64,000 bases of DNA, taken from NCBI GenBank assembly GCA_963786955.1, contig CAWBAT010000009.1, positions 340,584 to 404,583 on the forward strand. The letters are read 5' to 3'. Shown piece after piece: positions 42,091 to 53,681 of this stretch. The stretch comes from an uncultured Acidimicrobiia bacterium (lineage in GTDB: Bacteria; Acidobacteriota; Terriglobia; Versatilivoradales; Versatilivoraceae). A program made the position numbers and the translations under genes. Within the stretch, counting starts at the first letter, position 1; each line of letters opens with the position of its first letter. Below the pieces are notes generated by a model that saw nothing but the letters and a program-made list of their open reading frames with translations, was not told the DNA's origin and searched no databases.

Positions 42091-43414
42091 TTAAACTTCG
42101 AGCATTTCCCCCGCCAGGCTATTGGGGAAATAGTGGGTTACCTGGACCTGGACTAATTTACCGAGCCATGTTTCCTGCTGCAGGGAAGTTAACGATCTTA
42201 TTTTCCGTCGTTCGTCCCATGAGTTCTCGCGAATCTTTTTGGCTCTTCCCTTCGACTAGAATTTCAAATACTTTGCCCACAAGCCGGGCATTTCGTTCCA
42301 GCTGAATCTTTCGCTGAAACTCTTGAAGTACCATCAGCCGCCGGGTCTTCTCTTCTTCAGGCACCGTGTCACCCAATTCGTAGGATTCGGTCCCCGGCCG
42401 AGGGGAGTACTTGAATGCAAAGACTGAGTCATACCGTACCTGTCCCAACAAGGAAATGGTTTCTTCAAAATCTTCCTGGGTCTCTCCGGGAAATCCGACA
42501 ATGAAATCGGTCGAAAGTGCTATTTCCCGTTTTGATGCTCTGAAACAAGCGATCACCTGCAGATACTCTTCGCGAGAATAACCGCGTTTCATCAGGCTCA
42601 GAATGCGGGACGAACCGGACTGCACAGGCAAATGAATCTGGTTGCAGATTTCGGGCACGCTTTCAATAGCAAGAATGACATCAGGTGTAAAGTCGCTGGG
42701 ATGTGGCGAGATAAAACGGACTCGCTTGACACCTTCGATTGAAGCGATCCGGCGCAGCAGCTCCGCAAAAGATGGGATTTCCTCTTTCGGGGTCACTCCA
42801 GGAATTGACCGTTTGTCCGAGGAGCATGACCTCTGGATACCCTTCTGTGGCAAGCCGGCGAATTTCTTCCAGGATGTGCCGCCCCGGCCGACTGCGTTCG
42901 GGACCCCGCGAATAAGGAACCACGCAAAAGGTGCAAAACCGGTTACAACCCTCCATGATGGTTACATACGCCTTGAAGGCGCTTTCGCGTGACTGAGGAT
43001 AAGATTCAAACAAGGCGGTCGGAATCCTGCGAGACATCGATGACTCTCGTCACGCCCATTCTCAACCTTTCGTAGCAGTTCAGGCAGAAATGCGTAGCTG
43101 CTGGAGCCCACTACCAGGTTCACATTCGGGGCTCTTTCAAAAATTTTCTGACCCTCCATTTGGGCCATGCATCCAAGCAAACCAAGCTTGACGCCGGGTT
43201 TTGTTGCATACACCTTGTCGATCGATCCGAGTCGGGAAAACACTTTCTGGTTGGCTTTTTCCCGAATATTGCAGGTATTCAAAAAGACAAGGTCGGCTTC
43301 AGAAGATTGTGCTGTTTCCTCATACCCCATTTGGGACAAGGTTCCCGCAACCTTTTCGGAATCATGGTGGTTCATCTGGCAGCCAAACGTTTCGATAAAA
43401 AACTTCTTTTTCAC
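42091..43414 (-). CDS. miaB: tRNA-2-methylthio-N6-dimethylallyladenosine synthase; frameshifted
   Basis: [24 protein letters not shown], radical-SAM [41 protein letters not shown] domain. Confidence 0.95.
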
Positions 43415-43418
43415 GCGT

Positions 43419-45131
43419 TCACCCGGAACTCTTCGCTTTCTTGATTAATTCGGCAGCATGCTTGAGTACACTTTCTGTTTGATGATCCCCACTAATCATT
43501 CTCGCAATTTCATGAACTCTATCCTTGGCCGCCAAACGGGTCACTTGCGTTACCGTCCGGGTGCCTTCGGCCTTTTTTTCGATAAAGAAGTGATGATCTG
43601 CGCACGAAGCAATCTGAGGTAAATGAGTCACACAGATTACTTGGTTTTGCTTTGACAGTTTCTTAAGTCTTTGTCCTAGCACGTGGGCCGTCTGGCCCCC
43701 AATTCCAGCATCCACTTCGTCGAAAACCAGTGTTTTGCTTGGGTGATCAACGCTCTGAAGGGACTTCAAGGCTAGCATAATCCTTGAAATTTCGCCACCC
43801 GAGGCGATTTTAGCCAGAGGCTTCAGCTCTTCTCCGGGGTTTGGGCTTAGATGAAACTCAATCGCGTCGAAACCCTTCGCAGTTTCTCCTGGGCTGGGCC
43901 GATTCGATCCTAAGGAGGCAGGTTGGCCACTATTCAGAAAAACGACCTGGAAGCGGCATTGTTTCAATGCCAGTCCACCCAGTTCCGCTTCTACTTTTTT
44001 CTCGAGCTTCCGGGCAGCCTTTTTCCGCTCCTCACTGAGCACTGCGGATATTTGACGGTAGCGAGTACAGGAGTTGAGAAGTTCTTTTTCCAGCAGGGCA
44101 GTATTTTGGTCAGTTTCAGCCAGTTGTTCCAAATCAAATTTAACCTTTTGGTAGTACGCCAATACATCGTCTAACGTCTTGCCATACTTTCGTTTTAAGC
44201 GGTCGATCTCTGCCACTCGTTGTTCCACTTGTTCCAAGCGCCGGGGGTTGAACTCAATCCGTGAAGCATATTCACGCAGCATAAAGGCCACTTCATCGAT
44301 CGCAATGCGCGCTGCTTTCAAATGCTCTTGCCAAGCGATGGAGGACGAGTCAATTCGCTGTACATCTTCGAGGTCCCGCATCGCCTGCTTGATCAAACTC
44401 CCCGCAGACTCTTCACTCTCGTAAAGAACCCCATAAGCGTGGGTCGATAGCTGTGATAATTTTTCCGCATTGGAAAGGATCGCCCGCTCCCGACTGAGTG
44501 CTTCATCCTCCTCGCCCCCCTTGATCCGGGCGCCTTCGATTTCCTTGGCCTGAAAGCTGAGCAAATCGATAGTCCTCAGCCGCTCTTGTTCATTTTGTCT
44601 GAAATGATCTATTTTTTGGACCTGTTCCTGCCAAATATTAAAGGTTCTTTGCACTTCTTCAGCTCGGTGTTTCGTTCCCGCAAACGCATCGAGAAAATCC
44701 AATTGGGAGTCCGGATGCATCAGCGTCTGTTGTTCATTCTGCCCGTGGATATCCACCAGGAATTCTGCAATCTCCTTGAGAAACCCTACTGGAACCAATT
44801 GCCCATTGATGAAGGCTTTCCCTTTTGCGGAATGGGCCAGCTCTCTCTTGATAATCATTTCCTCAGGATTCGTCTGTATCCCGGCAGATTCGAAACGGCT
44901 TCGCAGGTGTTCACTGGCTTCGAAATCGAAGAGTCCCGTAACGCTTGCTTTTTCGGATCCGCCGCGGATCATTTCAGAATACCCTTTGACTCCCAAAAGA
45001 AGGCTCAGAGCATCCACAATGATCGACTTCCCCGACCCGGTCTCACCCGTCAGCAGATTGAGGCCTTCCTGGAAATCAATATTCAGTTGGTCAATAAGCG
45101 CAAATTCTCTTATTTCTAAGTATCTCAGCAT
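43419..45131 (-). CDS. recN: DNA repair protein RecN
   Basis: LTGETGSGKS, DIHGQ, coiled coil, ASGGEISR, VFDEVDAG, VTHLPQIA. Confidence 0.97.
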   Translation of the reverse strand: MLRYLEIREFALIDQLNIDFQEGLNLLTGETGSGKSIIVDALSLLLGVKGYSEMIRGGSEKASVTGLFDFEASEHLRSRFESAGIQTNPEEMIIKRELAHSAKGKAFINGQLVPVGFLKEIAEFLVDIHGQNEQQTLMHPDSQLDFLDAFAGTKHRAEEVQRTFNIWQEQVQKIDHFRQNEQERLRTIDLLSFQAKEIEGARIKGGEEDEALSRERAILSNAEKLSQLSTHAYGVLYESEESAGSLIKQAMRDLEDVQRIDSSSIAWQEHLKAARIAIDEVAFMLREYASRIEFNPRRLEQVEQRVAEIDRLKRKYGKTLDDVLAYYQKVKFDLEQLAETDQNTALLEKELLNSCTRYRQISAVLSEERKKAARKLEKKVEAELGGLALKQCRFQVVFLNSGQPASLGSNRPSPGETAKGFDAIEFHLSPNPGEELKPLAKIASGGEISRIMLALKSLQSVDHPSKTLVFDEVDAGIGGQTAHVLGQRLKKLSKQNQVICVTHLPQIASCADHHFFIEKKAEGTRTVTQVTRLAAKDRVHEIARMISGDHQTESVLKHAAELIKKAKSSG

Positions 45132-45275
45132 TCTTTCGTCTGGATGGGTTAGGAGTCTGCCAAAAATACAACAGCTCAGTTTAGCACAACCTTCGCTACG
45201 CCCACAATCCTGCTCAAACCCGTGGAAAGACTGACTGCGCGGGCTTCTGCAGGGATCAACTGAAAATGAGTATTG

Positions 45276-45304
45276 TTGACGGATCGGGCGATCTGTGGTA
45301 ATTT
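45276..45304 (+). promoter_or_regulatory. Putative sigma70 promoter of the tol-pal operon
   Basis: TTGACG (45276-45281), 17-nt spacer with extended TG, TAATTT (45299-45304), about 60 bp upstream of tolQ. Confidence 0.5.
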
Positions 45305-45364
45305 GACCGTTTACTTGAAGTTCGCGTTGAATCTTCGCTCTACCAGTTGTCTCGGAGGTGATTA

Positions 45365-46106
45365 TTGAATCTTACGAATTCGTTACTGAGCCTGCTGGCC
45401 CAGGGGAGCGAAACAGATTTGTTCAAGCTGATCCTGACGTCAAACCTGATCGTCAAATTGGTCTTAATCCTTCTGCTGGTTTTTTCTGTCTTCTCCTGGG
45501 CCATTATCTTCAAAAAATATCTTTTATTACGCAGACTTAAGAAGGACTCCGAATCTTTCATCCGGATATTTCGCAAAAGCAAAAGATTCTCGGAAATCAG
45601 TTCAGCGTGTGAATCGCTCCGGAATACTCCCTTGGTAGAGGTGTTTCTGTCAGGCTATGAAGAACTGGAAGTGGTCTTTGCTGCCAGTTCGACCTCAAAG
45701 AATCCCACGAGCACAGCCAGCCCTCAAGTCCCCTACTTTGAAAACCGTGAATGTGATTGAGCGGGCGCTTTCGCGGGCCTCTTCCGTGGAACTCACGAAA
45801 CTTGAACGCAACATGAGCTGGCTCGCGACGACCGCGTCGGTCAGCCCCTTTTATTGGCTTATTCGGAACGGTTCTGGGCATCATCAACGCTTTTACAGGA
45901 CTGGGAACGGAAGGAAGCACGACGATTCGGGCCGTCGCACCCGGAATCGCTGAAGCACTGGTCACTACTGCGGCTGGGATTATTTGCTGCCATTCCGGCA
46001 GTCGTTTTCTACAATTATTTTTTGCATCAACTCACGGGAATTCGGATCCGCAATGGATGACTTCTCACTGGAATTCTTAAACTTGATGGAGAGAACTTTC
46101 TCATAA
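45365..46106 (+). CDS. tolQ: TolQ/ExbB proton-channel protein; frameshifted
   Basis: [61 protein letters not shown]; first gene of a tol-pal cluster. Confidence 0.88.
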
Positions 46107-46112
46107 GGAACT

Positions 46113-46536
46113 ATGGCATTTACGACTCCTCAGGGAAGGACTCAGTCGTCGCTGGCCGAAATCAATGTCATTCCCTATGGTTGACGTGGTTTTGGTGCTC
46201 TTGATCATTTTCATGCTGACAGCCCCGATCATCCAGTCGGGTATTGAGATCAATGTCCCTAAAACCAAGACAGTCAAGGAACTCACTCAAGAGCGGATCC
46301 TGGTCAGTATTGATCGGGAGCAAAAGCTCTTTCTCAATGACGATCCCATCAATATCAACGAGCTTGAATCCCGCCTCAAGAAAAAGATCAAAGATCCTTC
46401 TCTCGCCATGATTTATCTTCGCGCTGACGAAGAAGTCCCCTTTGGAACGATTGCCAAGGTCATGGACCGGGCGAAGATTGCGGGAGTCGAAAATATTAGT
46501 GTCGTAACCCAGCCCTATGATAAACGCTCCCGCTAG
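46113..46536 (+). CDS. tolR: TolR/ExbD protein; frameshift near the start
   Basis: EINV.PMVDVVLVLLIIFMLTAP, LRADEEVPFG. Confidence 0.9.
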
Positions 46537-47346
46537 CCCCATCGTCCATCGTCTCAGTATCTTAGAAATCCAGAAGGAGAAGCTGGGCCCTTCTCTGTTT
46601 TTCTCCGTCCTCACTCATGTCAGCCTAATTTTTGCAGTTTTTTTTATTCCTGCAATTATGGGAGGCCGAAGCAAGCCCTGGGGGGAGCAAACGGGTGGCG
46701 GAGGCGCCATTTCGGTCGGCATGGTTCGAAATCTTCATGGCTTGAATCTGCCCCGACCGGAGCTGACCACCCAAACGAACATCGCCACAGAGTCCAAAGG
46801 TGCGGGTGTTACAGAGCCCGCTAAAGTGGAAAAGAAGGAGATCGAAGTTCCGGATCCCAAAGCATTTCAAATTGAAGAAAAGAAAAAGAAGGAAAAAGAA
46901 AAAACTGAAAAGCCCCCGCACGAAAAGCCCCGACTCAAGTGGCAAAGGTTGAACCCCCTTCAAATGTGGTTCCCTTCGGGCAAGGAGGTTCTCCCGACTT
47001 CAGCTATGCGGAGTTTCAGGGACCCGGAGGAACAGGCGGCATTGGCTTTGGCAGTGGGATATACGGTGAACGCTATGGCTGGTATGTTCGCCAGGTAAAA
47101 GACATCGTCAGTGCGAACTGGCAAAAGAATATGGTGGATCCAAACGTTCCATCGGCCCCGAAAGTGTTTATCCAGTTTGAGATTCTTCGAGACGGCACCC
47201 CGGCAAATGAATTCGTTAAGCAGTCCAGTGGTGTCCCGTCCCTCGATCGTTCCGGAATCCGCGCCATCCGGGCTTCTCATTTCCCTCCTCTCCCGGGGGG
47301 AGAGACTCGCGTTACGGTCGAATTTTTTTTCGAGTACTCACGATAA
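46517..47346 (+). CDS. TolA/TonB-like protein; one frameshift
   Basis: TM with SVLTH (SHLS-like motif), Lys/Glu/Pro-rich linker, C-terminal YV..V...V..NW...FEI.RDG...SSG..SLDRS..RAI...FPPLP. Confidence 0.85.
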
Positions 47347-47463
47347 GCGATACTTGATTTTTGTTGCCGGGGCTATCGATGGAGCGAACATTCCCCTTAC
47401 TTCCCTACTTAGGAGCTCATTTTATTGGTTAAAGTTATGATTCTGGAACGTGCACTGATCTCT

Positions 47464-48800
47464 ATGAAAAGACATAAGATATTTCTGGGAACGATTTTTA
47501 CCGGTCTTTTCTTTTTAGCCACAATTCCCTCAGCTGCCTCGCAGCAACCGCAGATCCGAACAGGGACGGCGCAGGGAGTCCGGGCGCGGATAGCCGTAGC
47601 AGATTTTCAATTGCGTCCCGCCACTCCTCAGCTGGTGGAACTAACAAAGATCTTCGATAAGGTTTTATGGGATGACCTCGACATGGCTGGGGTCTTCGAA
47701 TTAGTCCCCAAGAGTTTCTATCCTCTGAAGCTTCCAGCAAAGCCAACGGAAGTGATTATTGAGCAATGGACTTCAATGAAGTCAAAGCACAGGACCTGGT
47801 TTACGGAAATGTCTCACTCGAAGGGAGCGATTTTGCCGCGGAATGCCGACTCCTAGATTTGAACACAAATGAGTCGATCCTCGGACTTCGTTATCGAGTG
47901 ACACCCGATGAACGGGGCGTCCGTTCCGCCGCTCACAAGTTTGCAGACGAGATCGTCTCGCGACTCGGTGGAGGGATTCCCGGAATCGCCTCGACTCAGT
48001 TGGCCTTTGTTTCCGATCGGACCGGGCACAAAGAAATCTGGGTGATGGACTATGACGGCTATGGGCAACACAATATCACGAATCACCGGTCCATTGCCTT
48101 AACCCCACGTTGGTCTCGAGACAATTCCAAAATCGCTTACACGAGTTACCGCCGAGGAAATCCGGACCTCTATATTCAGTCACTGTCTGACAACCGCCTT
48201 CTGAGCTTCCCTACTTTCGGCGGACTGACCACGACTCCGGCATGGGCCCCGGACGGGGAGCGGATTGCCTTCACCTCCAGCCAAACTCAGGATCCTGAGA
48301 TCTATGTCTCGGACATTCGAGGAAGAAACTTGAAACGGCTAACGAACAGCCGCGGCGTGGACATTTCTCCGGTCTGGAATCCCAAAACCGGTCTGGAGAT
48401 TGCCTTTGTGTCAGACCGCAGCGGCAGCCCCCAGATTTACATGATGGACGCTGAGGGTGCCAGCGTACGCCGGCTGACGACGGAAGGGGGAGAAGCTGTC
48501 TCTCCGTCATGGAGTCCCGATGGTGATAAAATCGCATTTGCATGGAGGAAGGCTTTGACAGGGAATTTCGACATCTTCTTAATCGATATTGCGACGGGAA
48601 AATATATCCAGTTGACGCGGGACAGCGGAAACAATGAACAGCCCGTCTGGTCCCCTGACAGCCGTCATATTGCTTTTGAATCCAGTCGAAACGGGGGGCG
48701 TCAGATCTTCATTATGCTGGCCAATGGAACTCGGCAGAAGGCCGTCACAAACGTTGGGCGGAACACAGCCCCGAGTTGGTCGAATTTCATTCAGAAGTGA
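47464..48800 (+). CDS. tolB: Tol-Pal beta-propeller protein TolB; one frameshift
   Basis: IAVADF N-domain, AAHKFADEI, IWVMDYDG, repeated PxWSPDGxxIAF. Confidence 0.93.
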
Positions 48801-48923
48801 CTTTTTCCTTTCGAATTCTTGTCTTTATCAATAAACTAAATGCGGATTTCAATTTATTCGCTCGCGTTATCCAGAAGTTACCAATTCAAACTACTCACTT
48901 TCTACCAGAGGAAGGAATCGATC

Positions 48924-49685
48924 ATGAAACGTAAAATCCTATTCCCCGCTACGATTATTCTAACCGTGCTATTGTTATTGCTGTCAGGAGGATGCAAGAA
49001 GAAATCGGCCCCTGCCTCATCCGCACCGCCGCCTCCTCAGCCAAAAGCAGAAATTGCCAAACCGACTGTAAATTTTTCCTCCAGCCCTTCCTCGATTGAA
49101 AAGGGAGAGTCTTCAACTTTGACCTGGAGCACGACGGGCGCGACGAATGTGACAATCGAGCCCGGCATCGGCGACCTAAGCACAGGTGGCACCCGCGCGG
49201 TTTCCCCTAGTACAACAACTACCTACACCCTCACCGCGAAAGGAGAAGGGGGTATCACGACAGCTACAGCAGAGGTATCTGTGAATACGCCCCCACCCCC
49301 TACAACGGCATCGGCCCCCACCGTGAAATCGCTGGCTGAGCTGTTTAATGAGGATGTGAGGGATGTGTATTTTGATTATGACAAATCCGACATCCGCGAC
49401 GATGCCAAGCCGACGCTGGCTACTGCCGCAACTTTCCTGAAAGCAAATGGCTTTATCAAGTTCTCCATCGGGGGACACTGCGACGAACGTGGCAGCGAAG
49501 AGTACAACCTGGGTTTGGGCGACCGAAGAGCCAATTCGGTGAAAATCTATCTTGTCTCACTCGGGATTTCGGCAGACCGGATGACTGCAATTAGCTATGG
49601 CAAGGAGCAGCCCGTTTGCCACGATTCCAATGAAGAGTGCTGGCAAAAAAATCGCCGCGCTCACTTTACTCTGACGAATCAGTAA
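48924..49685 (+). CDS. pal: Peptidoglycan-associated lipoprotein Pal with an inserted Ig-like domain
   Basis: Lipobox-like LSGGC, Thr-rich beta insert, then VYFDYDKS, GHCDERGSEEYNLGLGDRRA, SYGKEQP, NRRAHF. Confidence 0.93.
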   Translation: MKRKILFPATIILTVLLLLLSGGCKKKSAPASSAPPPPQPKAEIAKPTVNFSSSPSSIEKGESSTLTWSTTGATNVTIEPGIGDLSTGGTRAVSPSTTTTYTLTAKGEGGITTATAEVSVNTPPPPTTASAPTVKSLAELFNEDVRDVYFDYDKSDIRDDAKPTLATAATFLKANGFIKFSIGGHCDERGSEEYNLGLGDRRANSVKIYLVSLGISADRMTAISYGKEQPVCHDSNEECWQKNRRAHFTLTNQ

Positions 49686-49700
49686 GCTCTTCCCACCCCC

Positions 49701-49736
49701 ACAACAACCCTGCCCTCCGCAGGGTTGTTGTATTTT
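49701..49736 (+). terminator. Intrinsic terminator after pal
   Basis: 13-bp perfect stem ACAACAACCCTGC / GCAGGGTTGTTGT, 5-nt loop, then ATTTT. Confidence 0.75.
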
Positions 49737-49823
49737 GGGCAAGTCTGCACTATTGGTTTTGTTGTGCCTTTTCGGTATGATGTAATCTAAGCCATTGACT
49801 TTTAGCAACTGAGGTGAATTGCG

Positions 49824-50686
49824 TTGTCCAGAAGACTACTCGCGTTGTCTTTTCTCTTCGTCTCCCTGATCCACGCTGGCTGCTTCAGCGAGAGCAAGGA
49901 AATTATCCGGCTTCAGGCCGACATGAGCACTTTTACAGCAGCAAGTTCGAGATCTGCAGAAGAGCTTTGACCAGCAGGGAGCCGTATTAAAGACATTGGT
50001 GGAACAATTAGCGGAACAGATCTCCATCCTGAAAAAGAGCGTGGAAGAAGTAAAAGGCTCAAATCAGCAAACTCAGGCTTCGGTGGGAGCTAGAATAGAA
50101 TCCGTGAATAGCCAGTTCTCGGCCGTGAATGCAAGTTTAGACCTGGTGCTGGATAGGATCTCCAAGCTTTCCCAGCAATTGCGGAGACGAAAGCGAAAGT
50201 GGAGATCCTCGATCAGCCACAACAGTCGTCTCCTGGAGCCCCCGGCCCCGGAAAGGCGGCCCGCCGTCGCCGGAGGAACTTTATAATACAGCCTATGGTG
50301 ACTTTCTAAAAGGCAGCTACGATCTTTCCAGGCAAGGGTTTGAAGAATACCTCAAGAGCTATCCCGACACCGAGCTTTCCGACAATGCGCAGTACTGGAT
50401 CGGTGAATCCTATTATGTTCAAAGGAAGTTTCCTGATGCTGTCAAAGCATTTGATAAGGTATTGCAGGACTATCCCAAGGGAGACAAAGTGGCTGCCGCC
50501 CAATTGAAGAAGGCTTACAGCCTGCTGGAGAGTAAGAATACGGAAGCGGGAATTAGGGAGTTAAGGCTCTTGATTGTCAAGTATCCTGGCTCAGATTCTG
50601 CTCAGCTTGCCAAGGATCGTTTGAATTCTCTGGGCGTTCCGGTATCCGAAAAGCCCGCTCCCGCAAAACATCCCCCGCGCCGGTAG
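49824..50686 (+). CDS. cpoB: Tol-Pal system protein CpoB/YbgF (coiled coil + TPR); frameshifted
   Basis: [20 protein letters not shown] leader, coiled coil, [37 protein letters not shown]; directly after pal. Confidence 0.88.
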
Positions 50687-50766
50687 CAATTTGGGTCTCA
50701 CCAAGGCCGTTTGGGAAGATTTGGCAGGCACCGCGAAGTGAATCGGATAGGAAAGTGAGAATTGAC

Positions 50767-51195
50767 ATGGCTAATTCAGTGAACAAAGTGATCCTGGTTG
50801 GACGGTTGGGCAAAGATCCGGAAGTCAAATATACTCAGACGGGGGTTCCAGTCGCTCGATTCACCCTCGCAACCGATGAGAGCTGGAAAGACCAGAGCGG
50901 CGAAAAGCAACAGCGGACTGAATGGCACAACATCGTTGCCTGGAGAAAGTTAGCGGAAATCTGCGGCCAATATTTGAACAAAGGGAAACTGGTTTATATG
51001 GAAGGACGCCTCCAGACACGGAGTTGGGAGGACAAAGAGGGCAATAAACGATATACGACAGAGATTCAGGCGGACAACATGGTCATGCTTTCTGCCCGGA
51101 CAGATGAAGCACGCCAGGAAAAGAGTGTGGCGGCGGCGGCTTCATCCAACTCTGGATTTGAACCAGAAATCACGGATGATGATGTTCCATTCTAG
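50767..51195 (+). CDS. ssb: Single-stranded DNA-binding protein
   Basis: [32 protein letters not shown], acidic tail DDDVPF. Confidence 0.97.
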   Translation: MANSVNKVILVGRLGKDPEVKYTQTGVPVARFTLATDESWKDQSGEKQQRTEWHNIVAWRKLAEICGQYLNKGKLVYMEGRLQTRSWEDKEGNKRYTTEIQADNMVMLSARTDEARQEKSVAAAASSNSGFEPEITDDDVPF

Positions 51196-51219
51196 GGCTT
51201 AGTTTTGCAAGCCCTTTTT
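51194..51219 (+). terminator. Intrinsic terminator after ssb
   Basis: AGGGCTT-N8-AAGCCCT followed by a T run. Confidence 0.65.
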
Positions 51220-51405
51220 GGTACGAGACTTCCTTAGGGTGGCGAGCACAATATCCAGCCCCAGACATACGTTTGCGGAGGAACTTCGTCATGCCGGGAC
51301 TCCGACCGCCTCAAAGAACCTGCTCTCCTATTGGGGTGGACCACTGGCCGAACCCGATTCCCTTATACTTCCCTTTCGTGTTAAGATTGAAGACGTCAGG
51401 CCACT

Positions 51406-51684
51406 ATGCCAAAATGTAAGAGCTGTGGCAAGAAGATCCGATGGTATGCAGTTTTCAGAAACCCATTGCTGCTCCGAAATTGGAAGGTCTTGAATTCCTC
51501 CCTTTTCGAGACACTATGCCTCGAATGTGTTGCCAGTTGGAATAGCTATTTTGAAGGGGTCAAGAAGCTGAGGTCCAAATCACCTAGTAAATTCTGGATA
51601 GACGGCTATGCGGAAGATAATCGGATGGGGTTGTTACCTGGTCGGGCCGGCCTTAGCGGTTTGGTCTTTTCAGATGTTAATTAA
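51406..51684 (+). CDS. Small CxxC...CxxC protein (true end probably near 51590)
   Basis: MPKCKSCG...LCLEC; first of three co-oriented ORFs. Confidence 0.5.
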   Translation: MPKCKSCGKKIRWYAVFRNPLLLRNWKVLNSSLFETLCLECVASWNSYFEGVKKLRSKSPSKFWIDGYAEDNRMGLLPGRAGLSGLVFSDVN

Positions 51685-52094
51685 CTGCGAGCTGATCGGA
51701 GTTTTCAAACGCAGTGTAAATCTGAACATGACGTTTGTGCAATATGTGCTTCAGAGCTCAGGACATCATCTTTCCTATCCCAATGGTTACTTTGATTCAC
51801 CTGGTCCGTGACCTGTGGTCTTTGGATTTGGTGCCTTGATCATCGTCATGGGGCATGAGAATTTTGTCTTCAAGGAATTCTCAGTCGCAAAAATGTGGCA
51901 TGATTGCCTGCCCTGAATGTCACCGGAAGACCTATGAGGACGCCTACTGCCGCTTCTGCGGATTTAATTTGGTGACTCTTCAACCCTCCATGGAAAACGG
52001 CCTCCAATTCCATTTTGGAAGGTCTCCCTTATATAGCTATATTGCGATTTCAGTTTTCCTGGTCGTCATGAATTTGTTGTTAATCAAAGCGTAA
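51608..52094 (+). CDS. Membrane protein with zinc-ribbon motif; frameshifted
   Basis: Joined ORFs 51608-51811 and 51855-52094: hydrophobic segments and CPECH...YCRFCG; TAATG overlap with the kinase-like gene. Confidence 0.6.
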
Positions 52095-53036
52095 TGATCG
52101 GACGGAACATTGGCGATTACCGGATTCTCGCACGATTTGATTTAGGTGAGAGTGGTGCTGTTTTCAAGGCTGTCCATACCCACCTGCGTCAGACCTTCCT
52201 TCTTAAACTCCTCGAAGGCCAACTGGATCGTGCCATCCCGCAGCATCACCAATTCATCGAAGACATTCAGCTGACCGCGTATCTCGATCACCCCCAAATT
52301 GTCAGGACCCTGCCGCTCGAATTCCATGAAGAGCTCACCGTGATTCCCATGGAATTTGTCTATGGCCATGAGGTTTCGGAGAAAATTGCTGCGGAAAATC
52401 CCGGAAGAAGATGGTGCACAAGATAGCGTTCAGGCTGCGGAGGCGCTTCTTACAGCGCATCATGCGGGCCTGATTCATGGGAGACTGACTTCAAATAATT
52501 TGTTATTGACTCAGGAAGGTGACCTCAAGATATTTCGAATTTGGGTTCGCGAGCCTCCCTGAAGAGTTGCTCTTTAATGACACCGAGGACCTGCCGCACC
52601 GAACCTGCCCTTAACTCCGCGCCGCCCTCCACTGTCGCCGATACGCCTACCTGGCTCCGGAACAAGTCAATGGATCCAGGCCTGAAGGATCGTCAGATTT
52701 ATTTGCCCTGGGGGTCATCCTGTATGAACTCTTGATCGGTGAATTTCTATTCCTGGGTACTGATGTTGAGGAACTCTACCGCCAGATTCAGCAGCGCGAA
52801 TTGCCCCGCGTTGAAGCAAATGCGGCCGGGGATCAATCAGGGACTCGCAAGGATTGTCTCCTCACTCCTAGCAGAAAGACCCGGCTAAACGGTATCCTTC
52901 CGCTGAGTTTCTGCTGGAGGACCTGAGAAGGATACGAACCGGAGAGTCAGTAGACCGGCTCAGTTTTCAGTCCAAAGATTCCGCCTTTTCACGACGATCG
53001 TTCTTCCGCCGTTTTGTCGGCGACCATGAGCACTAG
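52094..53036 (+). CDS. Hanks-type Ser/Thr kinase-fold protein, probably catalytically dead; frameshifted
   Basis: YRIL...GESGAVFKA, LLK, LDHPQIV, PMEFVYG, LIHGRLTSNNLLL, KI.EFG, YLAPEQ, SDLFALGVILYELL.G. Confidence 0.8.
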
Positions 53037-53120
53037 GGATCCGCACGCGGGGGGGCCCGGTTGGCCATTCCTCCAAAAGAGAAACTAAACCCGCCCGGGT
53101 CGATATTTAAATAATGACGT

Positions 53121-53642
53121 TCAGTTCTTGGGATGATGGGCACCTGAGTCCCGACTGTTGATGGGTCTCGCAGGTTCGGGGCAGGCTAATTCATCAGTTC
53201 GCGGGAAAAGCTGATCTCCCTGGGACAATACCCAATCCGTTACAGGTTCGATGAGTTTGAAGCCCATGAAACGAGCGTTTCTTTTGGAATCATGCCTCAC
53301 CCAGCAGACAAGAATCGTAAAAGAAGCTCCTTTGGGACTCAGAAGTGTCAGGCTTTCCCCTCGTTTGACACCGCGACGAAGCGGAGACATCCCCCTCCCG
53401 CACTGACATTAACCGTATACACGTCGTCAACAAACGCCTTCGCCGGCTTCATCCATTCCTACCGCTTTGAAATGGATGAGCATGGGAACTCTTTTCTTAA
53501 GGCCAAACCGGTTGAGTCGAAACCCATCCGCTGTTTCACTGAGTAGCATCATCGTCGAATTCCTTTCCAAAATGTGCAAGTTTTTTGTCCAGCGAATTAC
53601 AATTTCTTCCTTCTCACGCCTTTTTAATTCCAAATCTATCAT
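53121..53642 (-). CDS. PilZ-domain protein with N-terminal extension; frameshifted
   Basis: KRVPMLIHFKAVGMDEAGE, FVDDVYTVNVSAGGG (NxSxxG), VCWVR, MGFKL. Confidence 0.65.
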
Positions 53643-53681
53643 TTTTCAGGCTTTAAGAACTATACTGCCTTCTTTAAGCAT

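Noticed and set aside
45132-45360. LexA box upstream of recN
   Set aside because: No convincing CTGT-N8-ACAG, GAAC-N4-GTTC or GTTC-N7-GTTC match seen.
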